DNA of 64,000 bases, from IMG/VR virus record IMGVR_UViG_3300027851_001141. One strand, given 5' to 3'. The stretch is from an uncultured virus (IMG/VR IMGVR_UViG_3300027851_001141). Taxonomy: Duplodnaviria > Heunggongvirae > Uroviricota > Caudoviricetes. Position 1 is the first letter of the stretch; every line of letters starts with the position of its first letter. Of this stretch, positions 1 through 9,779 are shown piece by piece. The notes beneath the pieces are model-generated. The model saw only the letters and a list, made by a program, of their open reading frames with translations. It made no database searches and was not told the DNA's origin. A program made the position numbers and the translations under genes.

Positions 1-609
1 TCATGGCTGCCTCAAAATCTTCGTCTTCATAAGGTTGGCCGCACTAGATCGAGGCTCAGCAAGTCCGGTACCGTAGGACCACGTGAAGGGCTTCCCGTCA
101 GGAAGTGCGATGGTACGTGTACCGTACGATCCAACCTCTAAATTAGCGTAAAACAGGTCTACTCCCATCTCTGTGTGTAACCTTTCCACAGGAAGGTGTA
201 GCTCATGTTCAAAGAACTCCTCAGCCAAACTTACAAGTCTTAGATAATCTTCTGTGCCTGTTGAAAATAGTTCGACCTTCATGAAGGTCATCTGACGAAC
301 CTCCGCATACGAAGTGTACGCTTCTCCTCGGAAGCAAGGAGAAACAGCCACTAGGTCTCCTTCAGGCAAAGAGTCCTCCAGGCGTAACTCTAATAGGGAC
401 TGCTCTGCAGACCCCACCAGGACGGCATTCCACTCAGTACTTAGTGCGATGTCCAAGGCACCCTCAGGAAGGGTATAATCTATCGCCTTCTTAGAGACAG
501 CCCACGGCGCTTCCACGTAGGAAAATCCTTTTCCTACGTAAAAAGAGACCGCCTTACCTATAAGGGCCCAGTCTATAGGTCTTAGAGGGTGTGAGAATTC
601 GCAAGTCAT
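1..609 (-). CDS. Minimal class II aminoacyl-tRNA synthetase-like (SerRS catalytic core-like) protein
   Basis: SerRS-like motifs: LVGSAEQSL (cf. TAE), motif 2 SPCFRGEA..FMKVELF, motif 3 GTGLAEPR. Only 202 aa, with no N-terminal coiled-coil tRNA-binding arm. Confidence 0.7.
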   Translation of the reverse strand: MTCEFSHPLRPIDWALIGKAVSFYVGKGFSYVEAPWAVSKKAIDYTLPEGALDIALSTEWNAVLVGSAEQSLLELRLEDSLPEGDLVAVSPCFRGEAYTSYAEVRQMTFMKVELFSTGTEDYLRLVSLAEEFFEHELHLPVERLHTEMGVDLFYANLEVGSYGTRTIALPDGKPFTWSYGTGLAEPRSSAANLMKTKILRQP

Positions 610-848
610 TTTCTACTTCCATCTAAAAAAGCAGATTTAGTAGCTTCGGACATTTGCCTCAGGTCCTGCATCGAGAGACCCATACGAAGTGCTTTGGCTT
701 CGAGGGCTCCGTACAGGTCTGCCAGCTCACACATGGCCAGAAGTCTTATGCCCTGCAGCTCCGCATCTTCAAGCTCTTCCAGCTCTTCCCTTATCTTGGA
801 AGTTTCTCCAAGAGTACCCTTCTGTATCTCACGAGTATGGTACCCCAT
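606..848 (-). CDS. MazG-like/all-alpha NTP pyrophosphohydrolase
   Basis: KIREELEELEDA...ELADLYGAL pattern (EExxE...ExxD). Confidence 0.6.
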   Translation of the reverse strand: MGYHTREIQKGTLGETSKIREELEELEDAELQGIRLLAMCELADLYGALEAKALRMGLSMQDLRQMSEATKSAFLDGSRK

Positions 849-874
849 CTAAGACTCCTATAGATTTTCAAAGT

Positions 875-948
875 TGGTTCGGGGCCTAGGATTCGAACCC
901 AGATAGCCAAGACCAGAACCTGGCGTCCTACCGTTAGACGAACCCCGA
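875..948 (-). tRNA. tRNA-Gln(CTG), CCA encoded
   Basis: Minus strand TCGGGGT..CCAGG-TT-CTG-GT-CTTGG..GGTTCGAATCC..GCCCCGA-A-CCA; full cloverleaf with U1-A72. Confidence 0.93.
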
Positions 949-959
949 ATGTTTTTTGT

Positions 960-1034
960 TGGTTCGGGAAGAAGGATTCGAACCTCCACCGTACTGAGTC
1001 AAAGTCAGCCGTCCTACCGTTAGACCATTCCCGA
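960..1034 (-). tRNA. tRNA-Gln(TTG), CCA encoded
   Basis: Minus strand TCGGGAA..GCTGA-CT-TTG-AC-TCAGT..GGTTCGAATCC..TTCCCGA-A-CCA. Confidence 0.93.
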
Positions 1035-1439
1035 TCTTCTCTTTTGTGTTCTTATCCTATGACAGTTGGAACAAACCAACTCGCACTTCTCTATCTCCTT
1101 CATTATGGATTCCCATGATCCTATAGTTACCAGTACAGCCACGCTGTTTATCTTGTTATCCTCTATATGGTCATAGTCCATACATATTGGGGGAAATTTG
1201 TTTCCGCAGTCTGAGCAAGGAGTGTTCTCTTTTAACTTGGATATTCTTTCCCTGTAAGCACGTCTCGTGTTCTTTGATTTTTGGTAGTAGTACTCTTTGT
1301 TACTGTAATAGTGGTTCTTTAGATACTCCCTATTACAGAGTCTACATACTGTAGCTAAGCCGTCCTTCTTCACAGATGACTTGTTAAATTCATCTAGTGA
1401 TTTTTCTTCTCCGCACCTGCCACACTTCTTACTGTTCAA
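1020..1439 (-). CDS. HNH endonuclease with N-terminal Zn-binding motif (putative homing endonuclease)
   Basis: CGRC..CRLC, then CSDC..DYDH..CELVCSNCHRIRT HNH signature. Confidence 0.8.
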   Translation of the reverse strand: MNSKKCGRCGEEKSLDEFNKSSVKKDGLATVCRLCNREYLKNHYYSNKEYYYQKSKNTRRAYRERISKLKENTPCSDCGNKFPPICMDYDHIEDNKINSVAVLVTIGSWESIMKEIEKCELVCSNCHRIRTQKRRSGMV

Positions 1440-1927
1440 TTTGCTCCGTAGTCCTTACTACTATCGTCAGGGTTGGAGAACAGAAGGCCTCCTAGTTCTT
1501 CTAGGACTTCTTCTATGTTTCCTTCGCCTCCGTAGTTCTCTCCTTGTGCAGAATGCCAAGTTGAGATTATATCAGAGTAATCTTCTAGTGCTACAGAAAA
1601 GTCTTCGTTTATATCCATCATAGACTCACACACCATTCGATGTGCTTCGAAAAGCAACTCTAACGAGGGTAGTCCTGACCATTCATTCCTGTCGTACGCC
1701 AGTGCTATTGAATAGGCAAGTATCACATTTATGGATATTTCGTACAGGGTCATATCCATTCCGGTAAGTAAGGTAAACCTTTTCTCTCCTAAATCTACGG
1801 AGCCTGCAAAACATTGTTCTGGCACATCGCCCAGACATATCAGCAGTGTACCTTTTGTAAGAGGCAAGTTTTCTTGAACAAATTGAGCTAATGCAGGAAC
1901 TTGATTCTCATCCCAGGCAATGGACAT
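1436..1927 (-). CDS. Hypothetical acidic protein
   Basis: 163-aa ORF in operon, overlapping the next start. Confidence 0.55.
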   Translation of the reverse strand: MSIAWDENQVPALAQFVQENLPLTKGTLLICLGDVPEQCFAGSVDLGEKRFTLLTGMDMTLYEISINVILAYSIALAYDRNEWSGLPSLELLFEAHRMVCESMMDINEDFSVALEDYSDIISTWHSAQGENYGGEGNIEEVLEELGGLLFSNPDDSSKDYGAN

Positions 1928-1941
1928 ATTGTTACTTTCGG

Positions 1942-2664
1942 TCAGGCAACCTTAAGGCCGTCAAAGTTGCAGTTTTTAGTTACCATTTTGATGCCTTCTG
2001 AGACTTCCTCCCTTAGATAAACTCCATCAGCGAATTTCACTAAAGAGTCCAAGGAATTGTTTACTTCTTGTGGAGTGGCAAGCCCTCTAAGAACTGACCA
2101 TCTTAGAAAGATCACCATAGTCTGCACCACGTCCGACACACAGTAAGACCCTATGTCCGAATATCTATTTTTAGCCCAAAGTTTCTCTACCTCAGATCCG
2201 TCAACATCCATTTTTCCTGGAAGACCAAGTGAAGCAGCAATGTGGTCTAGTTTCATGGTCTCTGTCGCCCCAAACAGCGACATGTGATCTTTTAGGTCTA
2301 TGTGGCCCGTCAAATCATATCTATGACCGAAATCTCTTTTGAAGTACCACTGGCAAGGTATTCCATAGTACATGGATCTGTATAGAATCACGGGAAGGTC
2401 GAACCGTCTTCCTCCCCATGTCACAAGTATAGTTTCGTCATCTATGAGACGACCAAACTTGATTAGTATGTCTTTTTCTTTTTCTCGATCCAAGCCAATA
2501 ATATTAAAATCTTGAACAGAGAACTCGTTGTCAAGAACCACGTAAGACAGGCATACAGGCTGGTGAAATACCGGGAGCTTAAACTCAGAGTTTCTAGTGT
2601 CTAGAATTGCTCTCTGAGATGGCACAGTCTCTATATCTAGGACTATGCATTTCTTTGTAGCCAT
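1942..2664 (-). CDS. 3'-5' exonuclease, PolB exonuclease-related (DnaQ/DEDD superfamily)
   Basis: ExoI LDIETV, ExoII TWGGRRFDLP, HIDL, ExoIII YCVSDV. Confidence 0.85.
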   Translation of the reverse strand: MATKKCIVLDIETVPSQRAILDTRNSEFKLPVFHQPVCLSYVVLDNEFSVQDFNIIGLDREKEKDILIKFGRLIDDETILVTWGGRRFDLPVILYRSMYYGIPCQWYFKRDFGHRYDLTGHIDLKDHMSLFGATETMKLDHIAASLGLPGKMDVDGSEVEKLWAKNRYSDIGSYCVSDVVQTMVIFLRWSVLRGLATPQEVNNSLDSLVKFADGVYLREEVSEGIKMVTKNCNFDGLKVA

Positions 2665-2667
2665 TGT

Positions 2668-3057
2668 TCAACTTCCTATTTTAGTTCGGAGAAGAAGCCA
2701 GTAACTTGGTTCTTTGGTATTGTTGAATCTATAGAGGTGTACTTTTTGATCCTTATACACCACCTTAGGGTCCTTGTGCTTCACTTCTACGTTGGAGAAT
2801 AAAGAAAGGTACGCCTCACTCGCTAGGTGGTGAGGAAAATCTTTCTTCAAGGAAAGAGAGTATCCAAGTATGGAGTTTCCATCACCGTGATAGTGCGATA
2901 ACAAAAGAGAAGGATCCTCGAAACATTTTTTCCTCTGTGGCCGATTTACGACAACTCCAAATCTTATAACCCAAAGGTTGTTAGCTGTTTGGACTATGGT
3001 CTCTTCCGGCAAAGAGTTCCACTGAATACTGGCTTCTTTACTGGGCTTAGGGCTCAT
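2668..3057 (-). CDS. Hypothetical protein
   Basis: 129-aa ORF packed in operon. Confidence 0.5.
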   Translation of the reverse strand: MSPKPSKEASIQWNSLPEETIVQTANNLWVIRFGVVVNRPQRKKCFEDPSLLLSHYHGDGNSILGYSLSLKKDFPHHLASEAYLSLFSNVEVKHKDPKVVYKDQKVHLYRFNNTKEPSYWLLLRTKIGS

Positions 3058-4130
3058 GAAGCTACCGTAGGAAGTAGGCCCTTAAACTTTCCTGACATTC
3101 CTTTGATGAGAAGAAATGTGTCCCAAAAGTCTATTTCTATGTCTCCCGCCTTGATGAGGTTGAGCATCTCCATCATGTACTTAGAGGATAGTTTGGTGGC
3201 GAATTTATCGGCAGTAGACTCTTCTAGTGACAGGGAGGTCTGAGTGGACCCATGTTCAGCCACACACCTGAAATGTGCTTTTGTTCCCTTTATGAGGCAG
3301 TCTATGTGAGTGTCATACGCAATAGCTCCCATATGAATTGCACTGACCTCTCTTAGAGACTGCATCAACTCTTCCACGCTGGTTTTTATGGAGCAACCTT
3401 TGCTGTCGTAGTCTATGCCGTTATTGATCCACTCTTCTACATCTTCCGGTGTAGATTGTATAGCAGGGTGAAATACGTCTAAGGACTCAGTTTTTATTCT
3501 GAAGGTTCCATTATGGGCGCCTATGCTGGTCTCTCCATCCTGGATGCGTGATAGAGCAGCGGAAAGAAAGGAAGGCTGCATTAGGATGTCGAACTCCTTC
3601 TGCGCCACCACGAGTTTTTCCTTGAAAACCACTGCCCTATATTGATCTGTGGTGGAAAGAGTCAGGCTTTCACTCGCCTGTATGCGTATGGCCAACTGTG
3701 TACCTGGCAAAGCAGACCCAAGTTGAATACGAGATAGTGCTCCTCTTAGTATGTCGGTGGGAAGATTCACTGACGCCTTGAAGGATTTGACTGGTCGTTG
3801 TGCCTCGATGTTCTCCGCGTCACCAGAAGCCACAACCACCCCCTTCATCTTTCCTGACTTGAAAGATATAGAGCTTTTCTCCACCTCCATATGAAGCGGG
3901 TCCTGGAAATCCATACGAAGAAAGTGGGCGATAGAGATCACTATTTGCCCCTCTTCCTCCACATTAGCCTCCAGGTTCTGCCTGCAGTATACTCCGTTTT
4001 TTCCGGCTTCTACTATCAGCATACCAGATTCGGCGCTGGCGGTTAAAAGCGCATAGGCTTCCGCGTCAAACAACGCAGCAACTGTACGCACCGCGTCTCT
4101 AAAAGAGACTCCTTCAAGTGTAACTTTCAT
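3054..4130 (-). CDS. dnaN: DNA polymerase III beta sliding clamp-like protein
   Basis: 358 aa with three-domain length; STTDQYRAV (cf. ATDGHRL), SKYMMEMLNLI (cf. NxxYLLDxL), C-terminal GLLP. Confidence 0.7.
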   Translation of the reverse strand: MKVTLEGVSFRDAVRTVAALFDAEAYALLTASAESGMLIVEAGKNGVYCRQNLEANVEEEGQIVISIAHFLRMDFQDPLHMEVEKSSISFKSGKMKGVVVASGDAENIEAQRPVKSFKASVNLPTDILRGALSRIQLGSALPGTQLAIRIQASESLTLSTTDQYRAVVFKEKLVVAQKEFDILMQPSFLSAALSRIQDGETSIGAHNGTFRIKTESLDVFHPAIQSTPEDVEEWINNGIDYDSKGCSIKTSVEELMQSLREVSAIHMGAIAYDTHIDCLIKGTKAHFRCVAEHGSTQTSLSLEESTADKFATKLSSKYMMEMLNLIKAGDIEIDFWDTFLLIKGMSGKFKGLLPTVAS

Positions 4131-4576
4131 CTAATGCTCTTGAGGTATCTTACGAATGTTGGGTTGGACAAAGCGTGCGGACCACGTGCCGCCCGAACCA
4201 TTTCTATGGCTTGGTCAGACGTTACTCCAAGGATTTTTCTTAGCAGGAGAGCAGTCACAATACCGCTCCTGTTTCTTCCAGCCATGCAAGTTATGAGTAT
4301 TCGTCTACCTTCTCTATGAAGAGTATGCAGTTTAGCGACTGTTTTCGCTACGTTTCCCATCAACGAAGAAGAAACCGCTACGGGGGAGTCTACATCTATC
4401 AGTGGAAGGCGAAATACTTCCTTTGACCTATCGTTTTCTGGGGGTATTATTTCTGGTTGCCATTCTTCTGCGCACAGAACTACCGCGTCAAACTCCTCGA
4501 ATAAGCCGTCAGCGTCCACTACTGCCCCGCCCATGCATAGGTTGGGAGACACCAGGTTGTAGTTGTGTACGGGCAT
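4127..4576 (-). CDS. Dual-specificity/tyrosine protein phosphatase
   Basis: CX5R P-loop TCMAGRNRSG; AIEMVRAARG..NPTF. Confidence 0.88.
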   Translation of the reverse strand: MPVHNYNLVSPNLCMGGAVVDADGLFEEFDAVVLCAEEWQPEIIPPENDRSKEVFRLPLIDVDSPVAVSSSLMGNVAKTVAKLHTLHREGRRILITCMAGRNRSGIVTALLLRKILGVTSDQAIEMVRAARGPHALSNPTFVRYLKSIR

Positions 4577-4962
4577 CAGTAACTTTCGTAGGGTACATCT
4601 TCCGAACGTGACGGACCAATTCCGAGAATATGTCGAGATACGGGGCAGTGGTTGTCACAGTACTCTTCATTATGTGGGCACGGGTCTCCTACCCACTGCC
4701 TTCTTGTCACACAGCGGGTATCACAAGTAAACTTTACAAGATCTTGCACCGATACTTCCTGCTCTCCCTTTTCTCCGAACAACTCGTATACACAACACGA
4801 TCTTGGAGGCTGACGCATGATGGTTCGAAGTATGCACACATGCTGGTACCAGCATGATTTGCATATGTCACTTACAGGAAAAGGCGAGGCCTGTACAGTC
4901 TCGCCCTTTCTTTCCTCATACTTCTTTCTTAGCAAGGAAGACTTGGATATGAAGTTCGGCAT
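4576..4962 (-). CDS. Cys-rich hypothetical protein
   Basis: Multiple Cys clusters; operonic. Confidence 0.5.
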   Translation of the reverse strand: MPNFISKSSLLRKKYEERKGETVQASPFPVSDICKSCWYQHVCILRTIMRQPPRSCCVYELFGEKGEQEVSVQDLVKFTCDTRCVTRRQWVGDPCPHNEEYCDNHCPVSRHILGIGPSRSEDVPYESY

Positions 4963-5202
4963 TTACTTTTTTGGGTCTGAGATAGCCTGTCGTAGATTTT
5001 CCCTAGACCTAGACCTTGACAGCTTTTCTACCCCACAACAAGGACAGAAAGACTGGTGAATGGAGAATTGGGTGCTGCAGGAACTGCATGTGGAGGTTTT
5101 TTCGACCGTCTCCACAAATCCTCTTTTACACAAAGGACACGAAGAGAGGTGACTTCCTTCAAACTTTCCTACAAACCCACAATGGGAGCACTGTACTTTC
5201 AT
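4963..5202 (-). CDS. Double zinc-ribbon protein
   Basis: Four CxxC pairs (CSHC, CPLC, CSSC, CPCC). Confidence 0.6.
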   Translation of the reverse strand: MKVQCSHCGFVGKFEGSHLSSCPLCKRGFVETVEKTSTCSSCSTQFSIHQSFCPCCGVEKLSRSRSRENLRQAISDPKK

Positions 5203-5224
5203 CGTAGAGCCTTACTGGCCCTTT

Positions 5225-5443
5225 TTACTTATGCCTGAATGTGATTATTCCGTGCGTCAAGTCATAAGGAGAAAGGGATACCTGAACATCATCTCCCAAG
5301 ATAACCCTTATACGATTTTTTCGCATCTTGCCGCATAGCCTGGCGTTAACGTCCGCCCCGTTTTCCAATTTAACGGTAAACTGACCTCCAGGGTGAACGT
5401 CAGATATCTTTCCGTTCAATTGTACGTGTGAGTCCTTCGGCAT
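5225..5443 (-). CDS. infA: Translation initiation factor IF-1
   Basis: 72 aa; F.VKLENG..V.A..GKMRKNRIRVILGD.V.V.LSPYDLT.G.I.FR canonical IF-1. Confidence 0.96.
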   Translation of the reverse strand: MPKDSHVQLNGKISDVHPGGQFTVKLENGADVNARLCGKMRKNRIRVILGDDVQVSLSPYDLTHGIITFRHK

Positions 5444-5445
5444 TC

Positions 5446-6777
5446 TTATCTCAGCCCTTTCATAGTGTCCACTCTTGTTCTGCTTCCCACTTCCATATCA
5501 GGGTCACCTCCATGGTGATCTGATATCATCATTCTGGAGAAATCCTCTAGTAGCTGGAACTTAAATGGCGCCCAGCCTCTAACCGCAGGTTGGTCTATAG
5601 TGATAATATGAGTTCCCTTTTCTTCTTCCCCATAAGACCACGTCCATACGGTATTTGCGTGCTCTGCCAAACCTCTTGCATAACGAAGAGTACCGTCTTC
5701 GTTCATCTGAGTGGGGGCTATGATAAGGGCCCCGAGGTCTTTGGTAAGGAGCTTCAGCTCTCTCGCCAAGTCGTTCAGCTTCTCCCAATCCTTCATCTTA
5801 TCTGCGTTGGGGTGATCCAGAAGATTAATGTAGTCTATGACTACTACATTGTATTTAAAGGGTTTTAGCTGAAGTCTTAGCCTGGATACGCTGATGTGGG
5901 ATATAGGCCATACGGTAAATCTGCAACCGTTAGTAATGCCATGGGCCTTGAATCTTCTCCACGACTTGAACAGAGCCTTTTGCTCTAGAGAGCTTGTAGT
6001 CTTGGTTCGTATCTTGTTGTGCTCGACTCCAGACAGTTTGGAGATCAAGCGCTCTGCTGTCTCCTGCTTGTTCATCTCTAGTGGAATGTAGATTACGTTT
6101 ACGTTGTTTAGCTCGTACATGTTTGAAGTCATGTTGAGCGTTAGTATCGACTTTCCTCCCTTTTTATGGGAGGCCGGAATGAATAGGTCGGTAAACCCGA
6201 ATCCTCCAGTATAGCGGTCGAAATTACCGAAAGTGGAGGGCAATAGTCTGACAGGATCGTTAGAGAATATCTCTTTGACAAACTCGTCCACGTCTTCGTC
6301 TTCGGTTCCCTTTCCTACGTGATACATTCTCTCTTCTTCTGCGTCCGTTCTCATATCGGAAAGGCACATCTCCATGTCATTCATTATTTTTTCTACGTTA
6401 AGTTTGGTAGCCACCTCCATTTCTGATATGGATTCCGAGGAGAATGCGTAGAAACGTCTAATGACCCTGTAGTACTCCAGTATGTCTAGAAGCCTCTTAG
6501 CGTCATCTACTGTCTGAACTGGGCTCACTGTAGGAGATTTGAGAATGTCTGCTGTATCCTGCTCCAGCTCTGGGGCATCCAGAAATGTCTCCATAGAGGG
6601 AAGATCTGTGGCACTCCTAATCATCATTTGCTCAATGACGGAGTAGGCTTTAGCCATAGGAAGATAGCCAAAGTGATCCCTGTGCAGCTTCCCAAGAAGT
6701 TCAGTTTTTACTTTTTTAGGTCCTTGTAGGCACGACAGCACTGCGCGTATCTCAGATTTCGTCTTTATGATCTTCAC
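5446..6777 (-). CDS. DnaB-like replicative helicase
   Basis: FDRYTGGF, Walker A variant ASHKKGGKS, LEM, VVIDYINLL, ARELKLL..L, TQMN. Confidence 0.88.
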   Translation of the reverse strand: MKIIKTKSEIRAVLSCLQGPKKVKTELLGKLHRDHFGYLPMAKAYSVIEQMMIRSATDLPSMETFLDAPELEQDTADILKSPTVSPVQTVDDAKRLLDILEYYRVIRRFYAFSSESISEMEVATKLNVEKIMNDMEMCLSDMRTDAEEERMYHVGKGTEDEDVDEFVKEIFSNDPVRLLPSTFGNFDRYTGGFGFTDLFIPASHKKGGKSILTLNMTSNMYELNNVNVIYIPLEMNKQETAERLISKLSGVEHNKIRTKTTSSLEQKALFKSWRRFKAHGITNGCRFTVWPISHISVSRLRLQLKPFKYNVVVIDYINLLDHPNADKMKDWEKLNDLARELKLLTKDLGALIIAPTQMNEDGTLRYARGLAEHANTVWTWSYGEEEKGTHIITIDQPAVRGWAPFKFQLLEDFSRMMISDHHGGDPDMEVGSRTRVDTMKGLR

Positions 6778-7343
6778 TAGGCTAAGTTCCTTTCTATCAC
6801 TGCTGCGGAATCTAGATGAAATACTGCGTTAAATTTAAGTTTGACCCTTCTCATTAAAGTTGCCGGGTCTCCTCCTGCGCAAAGTATCCTAAAGCAAGTC
6901 TTGTGTTTATGGCACCAGTCTCGTACTGCTTGCACTCTTTCTGGAGGGGCTTCGTCGTATATGTTAGTCAGCATGAACACAGACTCATCACGCACTATTT
7001 CTTCCTGTACTCCTGCCGAGTCAGTGATTTGTACTCTGAGACCTTTTGATAGAGCCCTCTTCATAAGGTCATAGCCATGTACAATTGAAGCATCATCGTC
7101 CGACGTGGAGGAAAGAAGTATGAGATAAGGAAGAGAAAAGAACTCTCCTGACCTCATTCTATCGAACCACTCGTCCTGAACTTTAGGTAGAACACTGTGC
7201 TCATCGAGAACAGTCAGCTTGAATCTTGGTTTTTCTTCAGTTATCGGTCCCCACGCTGTAGACGGAATGTCTGCAGCGTAGTAAAGTGCGTCACTCTGAT
7301 TCTTAATTCTGTGATAGTCTGGTGTCCTGTTTCCGCTTCTCAC
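6777..7343 (-). CDS. Hypothetical protein, possibly a degenerate helicase loader
   Basis: Directly upstream of and coupled to the DnaB-like gene; alpha/beta pattern but no intact Walker A. Confidence 0.4.
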   Translation of the reverse strand: MRSGNRTPDYHRIKNQSDALYYAADIPSTAWGPITEEKPRFKLTVLDEHSVLPKVQDEWFDRMRSGEFFSLPYLILLSSTSDDDASIVHGYDLMKRALSKGLRVQITDSAGVQEEIVRDESVFMLTNIYDEAPPERVQAVRDWCHKHKTCFRILCAGGDPATLMRRVKLKFNAVFHLDSAAVIERNLA

Positions 7344-8068
7344 TTTGATTCCTTGTGGTCTAAAGAATTACAGTCTGACTCACTTACTATCCTCTTTACG
7401 TGCTTGTTTTCCCTCCAAAAGTTTTCACCTACCCGGGCGGCAGCATCTTTGCCAGAAAGAAGCTCTGCTCTCATTTTCATGAAGGTAAGACCTTGTTCTA
7501 ACGCGTCGTCTATGGCTTTGTGGGTGTGGGGAAGACCTTTGTCGAACCATCGGTTGGGCCAGCTACCCTTTCCGGACCTGCCGTATCGATTTTTTAAAGT
7601 GGCACTTGCATAGGTTTTCATATCTACGCAGGAAAAGCCAAAAGGACTAGAGAGCCCTAGATATTTGAAATACACATAAAGAAAAGTAAAATCGAATCCC
7701 GCGGGGAAACAGACTGCCACCTTAGGTCGGCCTCCTGCGGTGGTATGCACCCATTCAGAGAAGCTTCTCATGGCTTCCCTGGGATCCACAGGATTGCTAG
7801 TGGAGTGGTTCCAAGCTTCTTGGTTCTTTTCCCAGAAATTCATGGTGTCTGGGTCTTGCACAGCAGACTCAAGAGGCTGCAGGTTTACCTCAAACGTATC
7901 TAGAAGGGTCCCATCATAGTTAAAAGCAGCACAACCCAATGAAATCATGGAGTTTACGATAGGTATGGGACCATCTGTCTCTATGTCGACAGAGAAAAAT
8001 ACTTCCTCGTCCCTGTCCTCTACGGGAGAGAACTGCGAATCTTTGCTGAGGTGTTCTGTATCTGTCAT
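7340..8068 (-). CDS. DEDDh 3'-5' exonuclease (RNase AS/DUF5051-like)
   Basis: SVDIETDGP, AGFDF, HKAIDDA. Confidence 0.85.
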   Translation of the reverse strand: MTDTEHLSKDSQFSPVEDRDEEVFFSVDIETDGPIPIVNSMISLGCAAFNYDGTLLDTFEVNLQPLESAVQDPDTMNFWEKNQEAWNHSTSNPVDPREAMRSFSEWVHTTAGGRPKVAVCFPAGFDFTFLYVYFKYLGLSSPFGFSCVDMKTYASATLKNRYGRSGKGSWPNRWFDKGLPHTHKAIDDALEQGLTFMKMRAELLSGKDAAARVGENFWRENKHVKRIVSESDCNSLDHKESK

Positions 8069-8072
8069 AGAC

Positions 8073-9779
8073 TTATATCTCGTTAGGGTTAGGCTTGTCG
8101 TTTTCGTCGAAATTCTTGAGCCAGTCCTTCATTGTCTTGGCTGTTTTTTTCTTCGGCAGAGATTCAGCAGATTGGGCGAAGTCAAATCCCCACTTTTTAT
8201 ACAGCTTGTCTCTGAATCCTACGGAGGACCCTGCCATTCCATGTCCTGCGTGCCACGTATAAATGTGAACTCTAGGCTGAGGCTTATCCCACTCTATGCC
8301 GTTTTCTTCTAAGAACTTATAGTTTGAACCAGACAGGTATCGTCTTACACGCCCTACTCTCTGCTCTTCCCGTTCCTTTCCGAAGTTAGGGAAGGGCTGA
8401 TGTATGGAGTCGAGAGGAGGTATGTTGACGTTTTCGTTGATGACTTGAGTTCCTATGATGACAGAGACCCTACCTGACAGGAGTTCTTCGGCGTACCAGT
8501 TTTGGTCTTTCATTTCTTGTCCGCCAATGATAAGCTCGCAGCCAAATCCCTGTAGTTTTATCTTTTGCTGCATCCTAAAGGCGTGGTTTCTTCTCTCTGT
8601 CACCAAGAGTACCTTTCTACCTTCTTCGCACTCCTTGATGATTTCCTCGTAGAGACATTCCTGGTAGGCAGCGTTTCTAGCTAGAAAGTTGACTAGCTGC
8701 GGTATGATGTATTTTCCTTTGAATATTCGGTCAGGAACTAGGACGTTAGACGCGTGAAAGTGGACCATAGGAGTCATAGCCTCCTTTGTTCCCTTCGCAG
8801 TAACCGGCCCTAACGTGTCAAAGATAGCTACGTGTGTCCTATCCTTCCTTGAAGGGGTGGCCGTTTGCCCTCCCCTGTACTTAGCGTTAAAAGACCTTGT
8901 GGCTGCATGGAACGTAGGGGCAGACTCATGGTGGCATTCTTCGGTCCATAGGAGTCCGAAGTCATTCTTGAGCCTTTTCCTGATTTTTACTCCGCCCGCT
9001 GATGCTAGAGACTGGAAGGTGGCAAACGTAATAGGGTAGTGTTTTCCTTTTCTGGTCATCCACTTCCTTTGTTTGTTTCCATCCTTGTCTACAACCCACT
9101 TCCAGTCCTTGTTTAATACACCCACCAAGTGCTCTCCAGCCTCTTCCTCCAGTTCTGCTAAATTTGTGTGCTCATATAGGCCCTCAAAACCAACCATTAG
9201 GTGACGAACCTCCTGCGCAAGCAGAATAGTCCGGAGACCTAGGTGGGAGACTAGCCAAGAAAACGCGACAGTTTTGCCCCATCCGGTAGGAGCCTGGAGT
9301 ATTCCGTACTTCTTAGAAAGCCATTTGTCTACAACCTCCTGCTGCCACGGATATAGTGTACTGGTGCACACGAGGTTGAAATCTAGCTTAGGAGCTACTC
9401 GTTCGTCTCGGACCCCAAGATGAGCAAAGTGCTTTTTTATTTTACCGATGTCTCCTCTGGCAAAGGTTGTCCATCCATCCTGTCTGTCCTGGTATGTTTT
9501 TAGGACTATTTCTTTAGAGATAGGAATTTTCTTGTGACTAAAGTGCTTACACACATCATGTATGGTATAACCCTTTTGCTCACACGTGGTTCTACCTGGA
9601 CGCCATTTCTTCCCCCAAAGATCGCAATTAGAGCATTGAGGTGGCAAGTCTAAGTTGGGGTGGTATTCTACCTCTTCGAACCTGTAGGTAAAATCTTCCC
9701 TCGCCTCGTCTTCAACATATTCAGTGGGAACCCACAGAATGTTGTTGAGAACGCACAGCTTTTCCTTGCCTCCTCCCAT
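8073..9779 (-). CDS. Superfamily 2 DNA/RNA helicase (UvsW/XPB-like)
   Basis: LYPWQQE, APTGWGKT, Walker B variant EECHH, TATPSRKD, QRVGRVRR. Confidence 0.88.
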   Translation of the reverse strand: MGGGKEKLCVLNNILWVPTEYVEDEAREDFTYRFEEVEYHPNLDLPPQCSNCDLWGKKWRPGRTTCEQKGYTIHDVCKHFSHKKIPISKEIVLKTYQDRQDGWTTFARGDIGKIKKHFAHLGVRDERVAPKLDFNLVCTSTLYPWQQEVVDKWLSKKYGILQAPTGWGKTVAFSWLVSHLGLRTILLAQEVRHLMVGFEGLYEHTNLAELEEEAGEHLVGVLNKDWKWVVDKDGNKQRKWMTRKGKHYPITFATFQSLASAGGVKIRKRLKNDFGLLWTEECHHESAPTFHAATRSFNAKYRGGQTATPSRKDRTHVAIFDTLGPVTAKGTKEAMTPMVHFHASNVLVPDRIFKGKYIIPQLVNFLARNAAYQECLYEEIIKECEEGRKVLLVTERRNHAFRMQQKIKLQGFGCELIIGGQEMKDQNWYAEELLSGRVSVIIGTQVINENVNIPPLDSIHQPFPNFGKEREEQRVGRVRRYLSGSNYKFLEENGIEWDKPQPRVHIYTWHAGHGMAGSSVGFRDKLYKKWGFDFAQSAESLPKKKTAKTMKDWLKNFDENDKPNPNEI

